From the human T2T-CHM13v2.0 reference genome, Homo sapiens, in NCBI RefSeq assembly GCF_009914755.1, contig NC_060926.1: a stretch of DNA of 64,000 nt; one strand, written 5' to 3'. The position numbers were made by a program, and so were the translations under genes. Shown one piece after another: positions 44,318 through 64,000 of the stretch. The notes below the pieces were generated by a model. That model saw only the letters and a list, made by a program, of their open reading frames with translations. It made no database searches and had not been told where the DNA came from. Every line of letters begins with the position of its first letter. Within the stretch, counting starts at the first letter, position 1.

Positions 44318-45050
44318 TAAAACCTCCTTTGCAAAGATTATGACAGTGAGAGAAATCTAACATGGCTGACTCCATCTTGCTTCTAGTCTCACAGGCTGGC
44401 TGTCTTTGCTCATTCCTGGGGATAGGCCAAGGTAACTGCGAGGACTATAGTTCATAGTTTAAAGCAAGAATGAGAAGAGTCCCTCCCTGAAACTGATCCC
44501 TTGTTTGTTCAGGGACTGAAACTGCCTTTGTAATGGGAGGGGCCTGACTTCTGCCAAAATGCAGGCATAATTTCTCTAATCTCTTACTGCTCAGGAGTCA
44601 CGTGGCCAGAGGTCACAAATCTTGTGACTTCCCCAATTGCTCCTGTAGGAAACATCCCTGTTGTGGAACCTAAGATTGGTCTTTTGAGATGTTTTTCAGA
44701 CTTTTGCATTCAGGCAACTGATTAATTCCAACTGGACTGGTGACTTATGACTCAACCAATCCTGTAGCCCCACCCAGAGGCAGACTCAGCACATAGGGAC
44801 TGTTTTCCACACTCTTATGCTTTTATTCCCCAACCAATCAGCAGCACCCATTCCTTAGCCCCTGCCTGCCAAACTATCCATAAAAACCCTAGCCCCTGAG
44901 TTCTTGGAGAGATTGATTTGAGTGATAACATCCGTCCTTCTGCTTGGCTGTCTTGGGTTAATTAAGCTCTTTCTTTACTGCAATACCATGGTCTCAGTGA
45001 ATTGTTTTGTCTGTGCCGCAAGCTGGAAGCACCCGTTGGGTGATTGTACA
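44318..45050 (+). mobile_element. LTR8A/B-type ERV1 solo LTR nested in LTR26
   Basis: CCTTTGCAAAGATTATGACAGTGAGAGAAATCTAACATGGCTGACTCCATCTTG start. Confidence 0.82.
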
Positions 45051-45456
45051 AGGACAGTTTCAGAAGCTCTCCACTTCCTTTCTCCCGCAGCCTTGCCCTA
45101 TGCATCTCTTACATGTGGCTGTTCCTGAGTTGCATCCTTTATAATAAACCAGTAATCACAAGCAAGGTGCTTCCCTCAGTTCTGCAATTTGTTCTAACAA
45201 ATTATCAAACATGAGGGAGGGTGATGCGAACCCCCAAATTTGCAGCCAAATAGGATAGAAGTGTGAGTAGCCTAGAAACCCAGGAATTCTACCTGGCATC
45301 TGAAGTGGGGGCAGTCTTGTGGGACCATGACTTTAACCTGTGGGGTTTGCACTAACTCTGGGTAGTTAGCATCAGAGTTGAATGGAATTGAAGAACACCC
45401 AGTTGGTGGGAGATAACTGGTGAATGGATGTTGGAACAATGTGTTGGAAAAGACAC

Positions 45457-46159
45457 TGTAACCACCCAATGGTTTCACTTTGCCCACTGCCTAGACAGAG
45501 CTGATTTCTAAAGACAGGGGCATTGTAACAGAGAAAGTGTAATTCACACAGAGCCGGCTGTGTGGGAGACCAGAGTTTTATTATTACTCAAATCAGTCTT
45601 CCTGAGCATTTGGGTATTCGGGGATCAGAGTTTTTAAGGACAACTTAGTGGACGGGGGGAAGCCAGTGAGCTGGGAGTGCTGATTGGTGAAGTCAGAGAT
45701 GAAATCTTAGGGAGTTGAAGCTGTCTTCTTGTGCTGAGTCAGTTCCTGGTGAGGAGGGGGCACAAGATCAAATGAGCCAGTTTATCGAACTGGGTGGTGC
45801 CAGCTGATCCATCAAGTGCAGAGTCTGCAAAATATCTCAGGCAGTGATCTTAGGAGCAGTTTAGGGAAAGTCAGAATCTTGTAGCCTCCAGATGCATGAC
45901 TCCTAAATCATAATTTCTAATCTTGTGACTAATTTCTTAGTCCTACAAAGGCGGTCTAGTCCCCAGGCAAGAAGGAGGTTTGTTTTGGGAAAGGGCTGTT
46001 ATCATCTTTGTTTTAAACTATAAATTAAGTTCCTCCCAAAGTTAGTTCAGCCCATGTCCAGGAATGGACAAGGACAGCTTGGAGGTTAGAAGGAAGATGG
46101 AGTCAATTAGGTTAGATCTCTTTTGCTATCTCAGTCATAATTTTGCAAAGGCAGTTTCA
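45457..46159 (-). mobile_element. LTR8 solo LTR nested in MER21
   Basis: TGTAACC...TTTTGCAAAGGCAGTTTCA termini; perfect 4-bp TSD ACAC. Confidence 0.88.
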
Positions 46160-46362
46160 ACACCACACATTTGGTGTCAGAAAAAACCCACACATGGATA
46201 TATGCAAGGTTAGGATCAATTTTTCCCCAGTTGGTTAGATGATGCCACATTGTAGCACTTGTCACACTATGTTGAACTGCTTGTTTCCTTGTCTGTCTGT
46301 TCTATTAGACTGTGAGCACATGGAAGACTAACATGGGCCTTAATGCAACTTCATTCACATAC

Positions 46363-47652
<1,290 letters not shown>

Positions 47653-48739
47653 CCTGCCTCACACAGTACTGGTCACAAAACAGGTACTTTACAAGTATTT
47701 GCAGAGTGCACGAATGAGAGTTCATCTGTGTGCAGTCTGTCGAACGGCAGTAATGATAGCATGGGCAGGGAAGGAGTGAGTAAGTGCTTTGAGTCCATTA
47801 CCCTAAGTCAGGGACTGCCTGTGTCCTTTCCTTTTAAAATTTGTTCCAATGTAGTAGAAGAAATACAAGGTTCCTCTGGTTAAAAACAGTGAAATGATTA
47901 AATCTTTACAGCTCTGAAAATAACTTTTGCAGCACATACCTCATAGTCTGTCCTTGCTGCCTAAAAGCAAAGAGAGCTGGCAAATCCACTGGGTAATAAG
48001 GAGGCCTCCAACCTCCCTGCTGCCTTCATTTTGAATATCCACCCCCCAACTCCGCCACCCCGCAAGTCACTTTGCCTCAATACCCTGACAAGCATCTTGA
48101 TCATTTGGGGGCATTCTTTAGAAACTTTGATATGAAAAGGCCTTTCTCATCTTCAGATCAGTGCTTAAGTTCTACATTCATCAAATACAAAAGTGAAAAG
48201 AAGCTTTTAAAAATGTCATTGGCACTCACAGGCACCATCAGGAGAATGCTTGCACAAACTGTTTAAGGAATATTTCTGATAATAAGAAGCAACATTTCCA
48301 AAATTTGAAAGAATAACTTTAAGAGTACATATAAAAACACATTCCATTCTAATAATTTGGGCTACTGATATCCTACCTAAAAAACAAGCTATTTGCTAAT
48401 TTCACAGAGTATGGTAGAGGTCAACATTGCTGTGTGTCTTATTTTTCTCTTATAGTTTCAGTTCTGAGTTGTGCCCCAAGTTGGGAATTATGGGAAAAGT
48501 GTTGTGACTTAGCTGGGAGTCAGAAGTGAGCCTCAGAGTTGGCTAGCAGAAGCAAATTTCACAAAGTTTGAGAAAACTAAGTTCATAGAAATAGGTTATA
48601 GAATGGATAAGGGGTCACAGATAGGAGTGCCAGAAACACACCCAGGGTAGACGCCAATTGTGTTGGATTTATATTTGCAGTTTCTCCAATATTAGGTAGT
48701 CCCCCACCCAACTAAAAATTCCACATAAGAGATATTTAT

Positions 48740-49060
48740 TATTCTTGGGGTACTACTCAGCATCTGAAACTTCTTCCTATGTTTGGGGAATCCTACTTTA
48801 TGAGTCTTAGTGGGAAAAAGTGCCTACTTCCCACTTCAGAAGCAGAAAATGCCAGATCTTCATTTCCCAGCTCCCTTACTGGAAGGTGGTGTTATACAAT
48901 GTGGGCAAAGCCAATTAGAAATATCTGCCTTCGACTTTGAACCAGTGACACAGGACATAGATACTGCAGAGAATCCTGTTGTTTTTTTTTTCTTCTTAAA
49001 TCAGCCAGAAGTAGTTTCTGTCATGTGTAACTTGTGACCAAATTATAGCTTCTGACACCT
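48740..49060 (+). mobile_element. old ERVL LTR fragment
   Basis: TTTGGGGAATCC...GAAAATGCCAGA...TTCCCAGCTCCCTT; similar to antisense 54480-54600. Confidence 0.45.
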
Positions 49061-49167
49061 TGGTCACAAGTAAAATGCTATTTTAGGGGGCCTGAAGGGC
49101 ACTTTGAAATCCTGAGTAGTTCCCTTTAAGGATTCAAATATGACTTTGGGCTGCATTTTAAATTTTA

Positions 49168-49440
49168 GGCTGGGTGCAGTACCTCATGCCTATAATTCTA
49201 GCACTTTGGGAATGAGGTGGGAGGATGGCTTGAGCCCAGAAGTTCAAGACCAGCCTGGGCATCAAAACAAACTCTGTCTCAACTTAAAAAAAAAAAAGCC
49301 ATGTGTGTTGGTGTGGGCCTGTGGTCCCAGCTACTCAGGAGGCTGAAGCAGGAGGATAGATTGGGCCCAGGAGTTGGAGACCTCAGTGAGCTATGATTGC
49401 ACCACCACACTCCAGTCTGAGTGACAGAGCAAGATCTTGT
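49168..49440 (+). mobile_element. Alu (AluJ), diverged
   Basis: dimer with J diagnostics, tail lost. Confidence 0.88.
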
Positions 49441-49504
49441 CGACATCTGTTGGGATCATTGATCTTCTTAGTAACAGTGAAACTGGAGCAAGTATTAGGA
49501 ATCT

Positions 49505-49612
49505 AATTTTACAGCTTAGGAAAATGAGGCACAGAGAGCCAAAGTGCCCTGTCCAGGTGACAAAACTCATTTAATGGCAAAGCTAGGGATCTTGATATCC
49601 AGTCCTGTGATC
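49505..49612 (-). mobile_element. MIR fragment
   Basis: TTTTACAGCTTAGGAAAATGAGGCACAGAGAG. Confidence 0.65.
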
Positions 49613-49636
49613 TTTCTCTTCTTGCCTTCATAAATC

Positions 49637-49938
49637 TTTTTTTTTTTTTTTTTGGAGATGGAGTCTCACTGTTGTCACCCAGGCTGGAGTCAGTGGCTCG
49701 ATCTTGGCTCACTGCAACCTCTGCCTCCCAGGTTCAATAGATTCTCCCGGCTCAGCCTCCCGAGTAACCGGGATTACAGCTGCCCACCACCATTCCTAGC
49801 TAATTTTTGTATTTTTAGTAGAGATGGGGTTTCACCATGTTGGCCAGGCTGGTCTCAAACTCTTGATCTCAGGTGATCTACCTGCCTTGGCCTCCCAAAG
49901 TGCTGGGATTACAGGCGGTGAGCCACCACGCGCAGCCT
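49637..49938 (-). mobile_element. Alu (AluSx/Sz)
   Basis: antisense dimer; TSD TAAATCTTT. Confidence 0.94.
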
Positions 49939-50027
49939 CCATTGTAAATCTTTATCATGCAGGCAAAAGAAAAGCAGAGAGAAAGATGCATGATCAGAAC
50001 TCAATTCATATAAAGATCAGAAAGGTC

Positions 50028-50323
<296 letters not shown>

Positions 50324-51196
50324 TCAGAAAGGTCATCAAAATGACCTGATGCAGCTTCCAAATCTCAAAAACAGGACCTGGAAGCAGCAGAAAAAGGCTT
50401 TTGAGTCCCGTGCTTTTTTACTGCTAAAGAGACAAACCAAGAGATTCCTCCTTCTTCTATCGGCCAGCTTAGAGTGTGACCAATTGTGAGGGGCAGTGAC
50501 AAGATAATCACTCATCAATTTTTCTCTGTTTAAGAATGACCTGTGTGAGGTTATTTTAAGAGGAGAAATTACTGCTAAAATCACAGAGAGTCGTAATCAG
50601 TCATAATTTTACTTTCTCTGGTAAAATTCCCAAAGGAGATATTTGTACTGAATAACACACTTAAAACAAACCTGTTGTGCAGAATCCATTTCAGATTCCT
50701 CATAATGCTTCTGCTTCATATAAGAATTCAGCTCTGTACAGAGTAACCTGAACAATCATCACTCCCAGGATATCAAACCCCAAACAGTAATGTGCATTTA
50801 ATGAGAACTTCAAGGAACGTTTCTTAATTTGGAAGAGGTGCTGTCTATAGGCAATGATGGTAGTTATTACAGGCAACCACTGAGAGTTCAGCTGTTGTGT
50901 TAAAAATAAAAGGTCGAATTCAGTCTTGGAGTTTCTCACAGATTATGTTCTATTCGCATCGACAAATAACAAAATGCTTTGGAAAGTTATTCTTTTGTGT
51001 ACGCTATTTTAATTCCAATCTTTATCTAGATTTGGTTAAAAAAATGTTTGGTTGATCACTTATGTCCTTTATTACCCAGGCGCAGACAATGGATCGCAGA
51101 TTGAGCTCAGTGCAGAGTGAATATCTGGTTGTTTGTGGAAGACTGGGGAGTAAGTCTAGCCAAAAGGAAAGGTCCACTTTTTTTCTTTCTAATAAG

Positions 51197-52534
<1,338 letters not shown>

Positions 52535-53685
52535 TGAAAAATCGAATCATCTCAGACTGATGAGACTCTTTTCACATCAGAATATAAACCAGGTGATACT
52601 GTCAGTAAAGGACAGGAGGAATTGCCAGTTGTGTCAATCATATTGTCCAGTACATTTCTAGACAGCTTTGCTTTGGCTAAATATAGTTGTAATGCATTTC
52701 TGTTGCTAAGCACCATATTTTTATTAGCCAAGGTACTCTATTTGAAAATGCAAACAGAGCCTGGGTCTTGTAATGAAGTGCCTGGGTAAAAAGGGACAGA
52801 GTCTAAATGTCATTGACTTTGGTAAGTGCGAACTTCCAGAATGGTGTGGTACAGTTTCCTAAATCCACCTTACAAAAGAGTCCAGGGAATGACCTGCTTT
52901 CATCTTGCAGCCTACTTCATTTTATTGCCATGTCTATGTGTCTTATTTCACATATCTTTCCCGTCAGTTACAGAAAGACTGAGCTACAGCTATGGCCGCT
53001 GAGCTGTATCTATCCACAGTCATGTGGTTCAGGTGACAACGAAACAAATAGCTCACTCAGATGAACATTGGCTCTCCAGAGCAAGGTAATCTATAGGAGA
53101 GGAACAAAAACTATATATTTCAAATCTTTCCTTGTGAGGAGATTCTGGGGTTATATCAGACAGTTCAAGGAGCCTATGAGTTGCTAAAAATTGCAGCAGG
53201 TGACCCATGGAGGTTTATGTAAAAAATTCTTCTCTGGCAGTTGAAGAAAAGCAGAATGAGTGTTTGCCTTTCTCAGTGGCTTAAGAATAACCTTCTCCCA
53301 AAACAGGCATAGACTAAATGTATTAGTCAGGGTTCTTAGCTGCAAATCAGAAGCCAACAGTAGGTCATTTAAGCAGAAAAGGCATGTTTTTGCAGAAGTC
53401 AGCAAATGTGACCTGGCATTTATTTTTGTATGGCCCACAAGCTAACAATAATTTTTACATAATTAAATAGTTGGACAAAGAACATTTTAAAAGATGGATA
53501 TTCATGACCCATGAAAAGTATATGAAATTCACATTTCAGTATCCATAAATAAAATGTTATTGGAGCACAGTCACACTCGCTTGCTTAAGAACTGTCTCTT
53601 GTTGCTTTCATGCTATAGTGGCAGGATTGAGTAACTACAATGAAGATTCTCATATATGGCCTACGAAGCCTAAAATATTTATTAA

Positions 53686-54143
53686 TGTCTTAGTTGGCTA
53701 AGGCTTATTTATTATAAGCTTATTTATTAATGGCTTATTTATTATAAGGCTTATTTATTAATGGCTTAGTTGGCTTAGTAGTCTATGTTATTAATAAAAT
53801 AACATAGACTAGGTGGCTTAAACAACAGAAATATATATTTTTCACAGTTCTGGAGACTGGAAGTATAAGATCAAGATGTCAGCATAGTTGGTTTCTGGTG
53901 AGGGCTCTCTCCTTGGGTTGCAGATGACTGCCTTTCTGCTGTGCCCTGCACAGCAAAGACAGAGAGAGATAGCAAACTCTGTTGTTTCTTCTTATAAGGG
54001 CACTAATTCCATCATAAGGGCCCCACCCTCATAACCTCATCTAAACCAAATTGCCTACCAAAGGCCCCATCCTCAAATACCATCAAATTAGAGTTAGAGT
54101 GTCAACATATGAATTTTGGGCAGACTCAGCTCAGTCCATAGCA
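53686..54143 (-). mobile_element. MLT1A0/MSTD-type solo LTR
   Basis: TGTCTTAG...CATAGACTAGGTGGCTTAAACAACAGAAA...CAGTCCATAGCA. Confidence 0.85.
53700..53811. repeat. short tandem GCTTATTTATTA units plus a 14-bp inverted repeat
   Basis: four GCTTATTTATTA copies; TAGTCTATGTTATT (53779-53792) pairs with AATAACATAGACTA (53798-53811). Confidence 0.9.
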
Positions 54144-54844
54144 ACTAGCTAACCCTTTACAGAAAAAGTTTGCCAATTCTTGTATTAAAGAATATTAGGA
54201 CACATGCAGACTCTTCAAGGGGACCAGAAAACTAGTCTCAGAGGAAACAGAGCCAGGAAATTCATAAAATTACACTTCACACTGCTGATTCAGGAAGACT
54301 TCACTTGTACCACCCAAGGTCCTGCTAATACTCCCAACATCAGGCACTGGACAGGACTGTAGGAGCCTTGGCATTGCCGCCTCTGTAAACTGGAATGTCG
54401 CTTTTCCACCTTACCAGAATGGATTCAGCCAGCGCCTGCTACTTGTATACAAGCTTTGGATTCTGGTACTGGTGGATCTGATAGATGAATCCCAGATCAC
54501 GTGTGTGTGTTACAGCTACAAAGGAGGCTGGAACAATGAGTGTCTGGCTTTTGCAGTGATGGGGTGGGAACCCATAATGTGGGGAATTCCCTAAATATGT
54601 AGCGATACTCTCTAATAGCAAGTCACAGTGTTAAAATAACTTGTTCCTACATTGTTTCCCTTCCACTATTTTCCCTGAGAATTGTTATCGTAACTGCCTT
54701 GAATGAACACTTGCTCTCTTTGGGAAGTATAGCCATGTGGCATCCCAATATTGAACAAGCCTTCCTGGGTCAAGAGACTGTTCTTGATAAAATGGGCAAA
54801 AGCCAGACTTAGTGATTAGGAACCTCCCTGCAGTGGCATGACAT

Positions 54845-55863
<1,019 letters not shown>

Positions 55864-56008
55864 ATATATTTGCTGTGTCTCCCTCTTTCTCTTGCTAAAT
55901 TCCCTTCTCCAGAGATGTGCTCTTAACAGTCTTTCCCACTTTGAATTTTGAATTTGCCTCCTCTCTCTGGAATTGAACATACTTTCATTTTTTTTTAAAT
56001 ACTATCTT

Positions 56009-56920
<912 letters not shown>

Positions 56921-57088
56921 ATCCTATTTGCTGTCAAATACTAGATCTTATTCATTCTTTCAATTTTTTAATACACATTAATCATCCCCACTTGCCCCCT
57001 ACTCCTCCAAACTACCCTTCCCAGCCTCTGGGAACCATCATTCTATTCTCTATTTCCATGAGTTCAATTGTTTTAATTTTTAGCTCCA
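56921..57088 (-). mobile_element. L1MA 3' UTR fragment
   Basis: CCCTTCCCAGCCTCTGGGAACCATCATTCTATTCTC...TTTTTAGCTCC. Confidence 0.78.
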
Positions 57089-57089
57089 A

Positions 57090-58368
57090 AAACAACCACC
57101 TCATGAATCTTAAAAGCAAGATGCAAAATGTTCAATGTTTCCGAATAATTTAATTGCATCCCAGAACAAAGATCAGGTATATTTATAAGAATACAAAAAT
57201 ATCCTGCACCCAATAGATTAAAATTCACAATATTATGCATTAAAAAAACTCGCCAGGCATGCAAAGAAACAGGAAAATATAACCAATAAGGAAGAGGAAA
57301 ATAAACTAGTTGAAACTGATAAAAAAACTAACACAGATATAGGAATTAGTAACAAGGATATTAAAATAGTAGTTATTATTATATTCCAGATATTTGAAAA
57401 GTTAAGGAGAGACAGGAACTATTTTAAAAACATAAATCAGATTTCTAGAGATAAAAACTATAATATCTGAGATTAAAATTACACTGATGAGATTAATGGC
57501 AAAAGAAAAGATTAGTGAATCTGAAGACATAGCAATAGAACTGATCCAAAAATAAAACACAAAGAGAAAAGAGAATTAAAAACAAGAATGAAAAGAGCAT
57601 CAGTGAGCTGTAGGAAAACTTTAAGCAGTTTGATTTATATGTAATTGTTGTCCCTAAAGTAGGGGGAGGGACAGAAAAGCTATTCAAAGGAATAATAGCT
57701 GAAAATTTTCTGGTTTTGATGAAAACTAAAAACCTACAGGTCCAAGAAAGTCAATAAATCCTAAGCACAAAAATATGAAGAAAATGAGTACACTAAGGCA
57801 CATCAGAATCAAACTGCTCAAAATTAGTGATGAAGAGATAATACTAAAAGTAGCCAGAGAAGAAAAGACACATTATATACAGAAGACCAAAGATAAGGAT
57901 GACAGAAGACTCCTCATAGGAAACAATGATACAGGTGATAAGACAGTGGAGCAACATCTTTAAGCTACTGAAGGAAAAAACAAACTGTTACCTAGAAATT
58001 TATACCCAGCAAAAATATTTTTTAAAGATGAAGGTGGAATAAATACTTTTTCAGACATACCAAAGCCGGAATAATTTATCACTAACAGATCTGCAATATA
58101 AGAAATGTTAAAGGAAATCCTTCAGGCAGAAGGAAAATAACACCTGATGGAAATATGATTATACAGAAAATTCACAGCAACAAAAATGATAACTACATGG
58201 ACAAATACGTAAGACTTTTTCTCTTATAATTTGAATATCTTTAAAATATATTGACTGTTTAAACAAAAATAATAACAATGTGTTGTGGGGATTACAACAT
58301 ATGCATAAAGAAAACAGTAGCCTAAGTGCTGGGAGGGAAAAGTGGAGTTATGTAATTATAAAATTCTG
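57090..58368 (+). mobile_element. old L1M ORF1 remnant and inter-ORF region
   Basis: ORF 57775-57963 TLRHIRIKLLKISDEEIILKVARE matches the L1 ORF1p RHIIIKL/ILKAARE motif. Confidence 0.85.
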
Positions 58369-60515
<2,147 letters not shown>

Positions 60516-60527
60516 ACATAAATATTA

Positions 60528-60857
<330 letters not shown>

Positions 60858-61728
60858 TTACCACACTCTGGCCTTATGACTCTTTGAAGCTGAGATTCTT
60901 TTAGTCATCAACATGGTTCTGGCCTAGGAACTAGTAGTTCTTCTGTGGAGTTAGAGAGCAGATAAAGGCCTGTTCTTCTACAGACAAGTTCTTTGCAAGC
61001 CATCCAAGGTGATGGAAAGGAGGTGGGGGCCACAGAGTTGAGCTTTTTTCTTTCTTCCAGGAAGAAATTAAAGACCCTTGGGGTTTTTCAATCACAATTC
61101 TCTTGATCTACTTGAGTCACTATGGGGCAGGATGCTTTGTTTCATTTCATAGAAACAAAGAGTGAGCATAAATTCTAAACAAAGTAATGTATTTGTAGAT
61201 GGTCTTGTCTCTTGACGCAGATATAAAGCCTATCTTCTGAGAGAGGACAAAGAGATTAGTATGTGCCTTGCTTAAGAACAATAGACAAATGTTACAGCCT
61301 GTTAACTCCATCTGCTTCCCAAAAGAAGAAAGAATTTTTACAATGAAGTGTCAGAGGGTCTTCAGGCCCCATACGGGAGATTTTCCCAAGGGAAGCCCAT
61401 AACAACCTTCCTGTGTATTTAAGCCAATATGTTCCAGCTCCTAGAGTGGGGCTCCTTGTCCTTAATTGTGGAATAAAAAGCTTTGTCTTATTGAAAGAAT
61501 TTGAGGCATAGGGAGAAGGGGAAGTATTTTGGTTGGTGGGGAGGGAAGTCACAAGGTTGCATGCTTTCCTGGCTACGATGGAATCATTTGTGTAGTGAAG
61601 AAACTGAATCATCCAAAGGAAAGTATCGTCAGCTACCATATTCCAGAAATCATTTGCTTTCCTGAGGCACTGGGTGACTGAAGCAGATACATTGCAGGCA
61701 CATGCCTGTAAGAGCCAAGGAATTCAAC

Positions 61729-62028
61729 TTTTTTTTTTTTTTTCTTTGAGACAGAGTCTCGCACTTTCACCCAGGCTGGAGTGCAGTGGCGCGATCTCGG
61801 CTCACTCCAAGCTCCACCTCCCGGGTTCACGCCATTCTCCTGCCTCAGCCTCCTGAGTAGCTGGGACTACAGGCACCTGCCACCGCGCCTGGCTAATTTT
61901 TTGTATTTTTGGTAGAGATGGGGTTTCATTGTGTTAGCCAGCATGGTCTCGATCTCCTGACCTCGTGATCTGCCCACCTCGGCCTCCCAAAATGCTGGGA
62001 TTACAGGCGTGAGCCACTGCACCTGGTT
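61729..62028 (-). mobile_element. AluY
   Basis: CAAGCTCC, TTCACGCCATTCTC, TCTCGATCTCC diagnostics. Confidence 0.95.
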
Positions 62029-62038
62029 GGAATTCAAC

Positions 62039-62565
<527 letters not shown>

Positions 62566-63390
62566 AGGAATTCAACTTTGGAGGCCCCATTTCTCCATTC
62601 TTTCTTTTCTGGGTTTGTGGGGCTATATTTCCCTTTCCTCTCTTCCTAATATAACTTTCCATACCTCAGCTGCCTCCCTGGCGCCAGGGCTGCCATCCCA
62701 GCAGGCCAAGAGGCAGACCGCTCTGCAGCGTGATGTGTTTTTTATGTTTCTGGCCATCTTTCTAGTCTTCTGCACAAGTGGAGTGTGTGAGGGGAACCCC
62801 TGCAGGAGAGTTACTGAGGACTACAGACTCTACTTCTTGCAGGTTGCCCTGCTGGGGAATCAGGCATTGGTCTCAGTCAGCTGGATGGGGCTGGGATCTA
62901 TTTTCTATTTCCAGGTTCCCAGCGCGCATGTTCTTGTTTCCTGATGGTGCAACACTGAGGCTCAGCTATATGGCCGGGGAGATCTGTGAAATAAATGTGG
63001 GCATTTCATGTCATGTCTGGAAATTCCTGTGGAACTCTGGAGAGTGCCCCCAAAGTGAATAAAAATCAACATAGTCCTCTAATAATGTAATCTGTCCTCA
63101 TAGGAAGCACTTCAGAGAATATTTTCAAACAAAGGTAAGATCTGAATAAAGTGAAAAGTGCTACTTTTATGCCCATTACCTGATGGACTGCTCACCAGTT
63201 CCAGAAGTCCTCCAACTATGGGAACACTGTCATGAGAACATGAAAATAAACCATACTGATTAATCTTGAATGAAACCTAACTCTTAAGTTTTGACTCCTC
63301 CCCCTCAAAAAGTACCTAGTGAATCTGTTTGAACAAAAATGAAATCAAAATTTAATTTGAGAAACAAATATATAAACATGAAAAAGTTTA

Positions 63391-63563
<173 letters not shown>

Positions 63564-63676
63564 AGGAATATGATGAAATAATTCCTCATCTAATCTCTGT
63601 CCCCTATTCCCTTGTTTCTCTCCAGGAAGTATTGTTAACAATTACTTAAGTATCTATACATGGCACTGGCATAGAC

Positions 63677-63679
<3 letters not shown>

Positions 63680-63718
<39 letters not shown>
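63680..63718. repeat. (AC)19 microsatellite
   Basis: direct reading. Confidence 0.97.
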
Positions 63719-63722
<4 letters not shown>

Positions 63723-64000
63723 GTATGTGTATACATGTATGTATATATGTATATATCACATATCCTTTTTATTATTGTGAATGTCTTTATACATACAAGA
63801 GAATCTATTGTATAAGTGATGAACAAAGATTATGACCAACATGAACATTGTTGAATGTCATGGTCCTAGAAACAGAGGACATGGGCAAACTGAGAAGAGT
63901 TTAATAAAATGACTATTTACAAAATTGCAGGCAGGTTTAGAGAAATCAATAAAGGATAGTGCAGTACTCAGACACTTACCCAGATTTTGTGGGACCTAAT

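Larger units (their letters stand above)
43724..45062 (-). mobile_element. LTR26-like solo LTR nested in MER21
   Basis: TG...CA termini, perfect 4-bp TSD GAAG, reverse-complement homology to 29357-29890. Confidence 0.82.
43302..46192 (+). mobile_element. MER21-family LTR in three pieces (43302-43723, 45063-45456, 46160-46192)
   Basis: CCTGGCACAGAGCTCCTAAA...CAGAAAGACCAAAC...ATCACCAATGGCCAATG; TGCCCTATGCATCTCTT...AATAAA; CACACATTTGGTGTCAGAA. Confidence 0.8.
53393..54182. mobile_element. MER58B-like hAT-Charlie MITE split by a MaLR LTR
   Basis: CAGAAGTCAGCAAA...TTATTGGAGCACAG...GCCTAAAATATTTA / CCCTTTACAGAAAAAGTTTGCC. Confidence 0.8.
53319..54600 (-). mobile_element. old ERVL/MaLR-type LTR split by MER58
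   Basis: TGTATTAGTCAGGGTTCTTAGCTGCAAA start; resumes after about 54183. Confidence 0.5.

Noticed and set aside
57775-57963. ORF1p-like ORF
   Set aside because: Short degenerate L1 ORF1 remnant; no sign of domestication.

Overview
Primate (most likely human/great-ape) intergenic or deep-intronic DNA. I find no protein-coding gene, tRNA, rRNA, CRISPR array or CpG island; nearly all ORFs in the track are Alu-, L1- or LTR-derived or look like chance ORFs. The window is dominated by interspersed repeats: about 52 Alu/FLAM/FRAM/FAM copies (roughly a fifth of the bases), several old L1M fragments, many solo LTRs (MaLR MLT1/MST, LTR26, LTR8, MER21, MER39-like, MER4, LTR33/LTR78-like), DNA-transposon fossils (MER53, Tigger-like, MER5A, MER1B, MER58, hAT-Tip100-like), MIR/L2/L3 fragments and microsatellites. 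Subfamily names come from my recall of consensus sequences, not a RepeatMasker run, and boundaries of old repeats are approximate. I cannot support a new gene system here. The most interesting signals are molecular footprints: a complex templated-insertion scar (53.7 kb), a probable ancient L1 3' transduction (17.1-18.3 kb), three Alus stacked at one target site (61.7-62.6 kb), a four-LTR nest with a perfect 73-bp duplication and AP-1 sites (43.3-46.2 kb), and a possible U6 5' fragment (3.43 kb).
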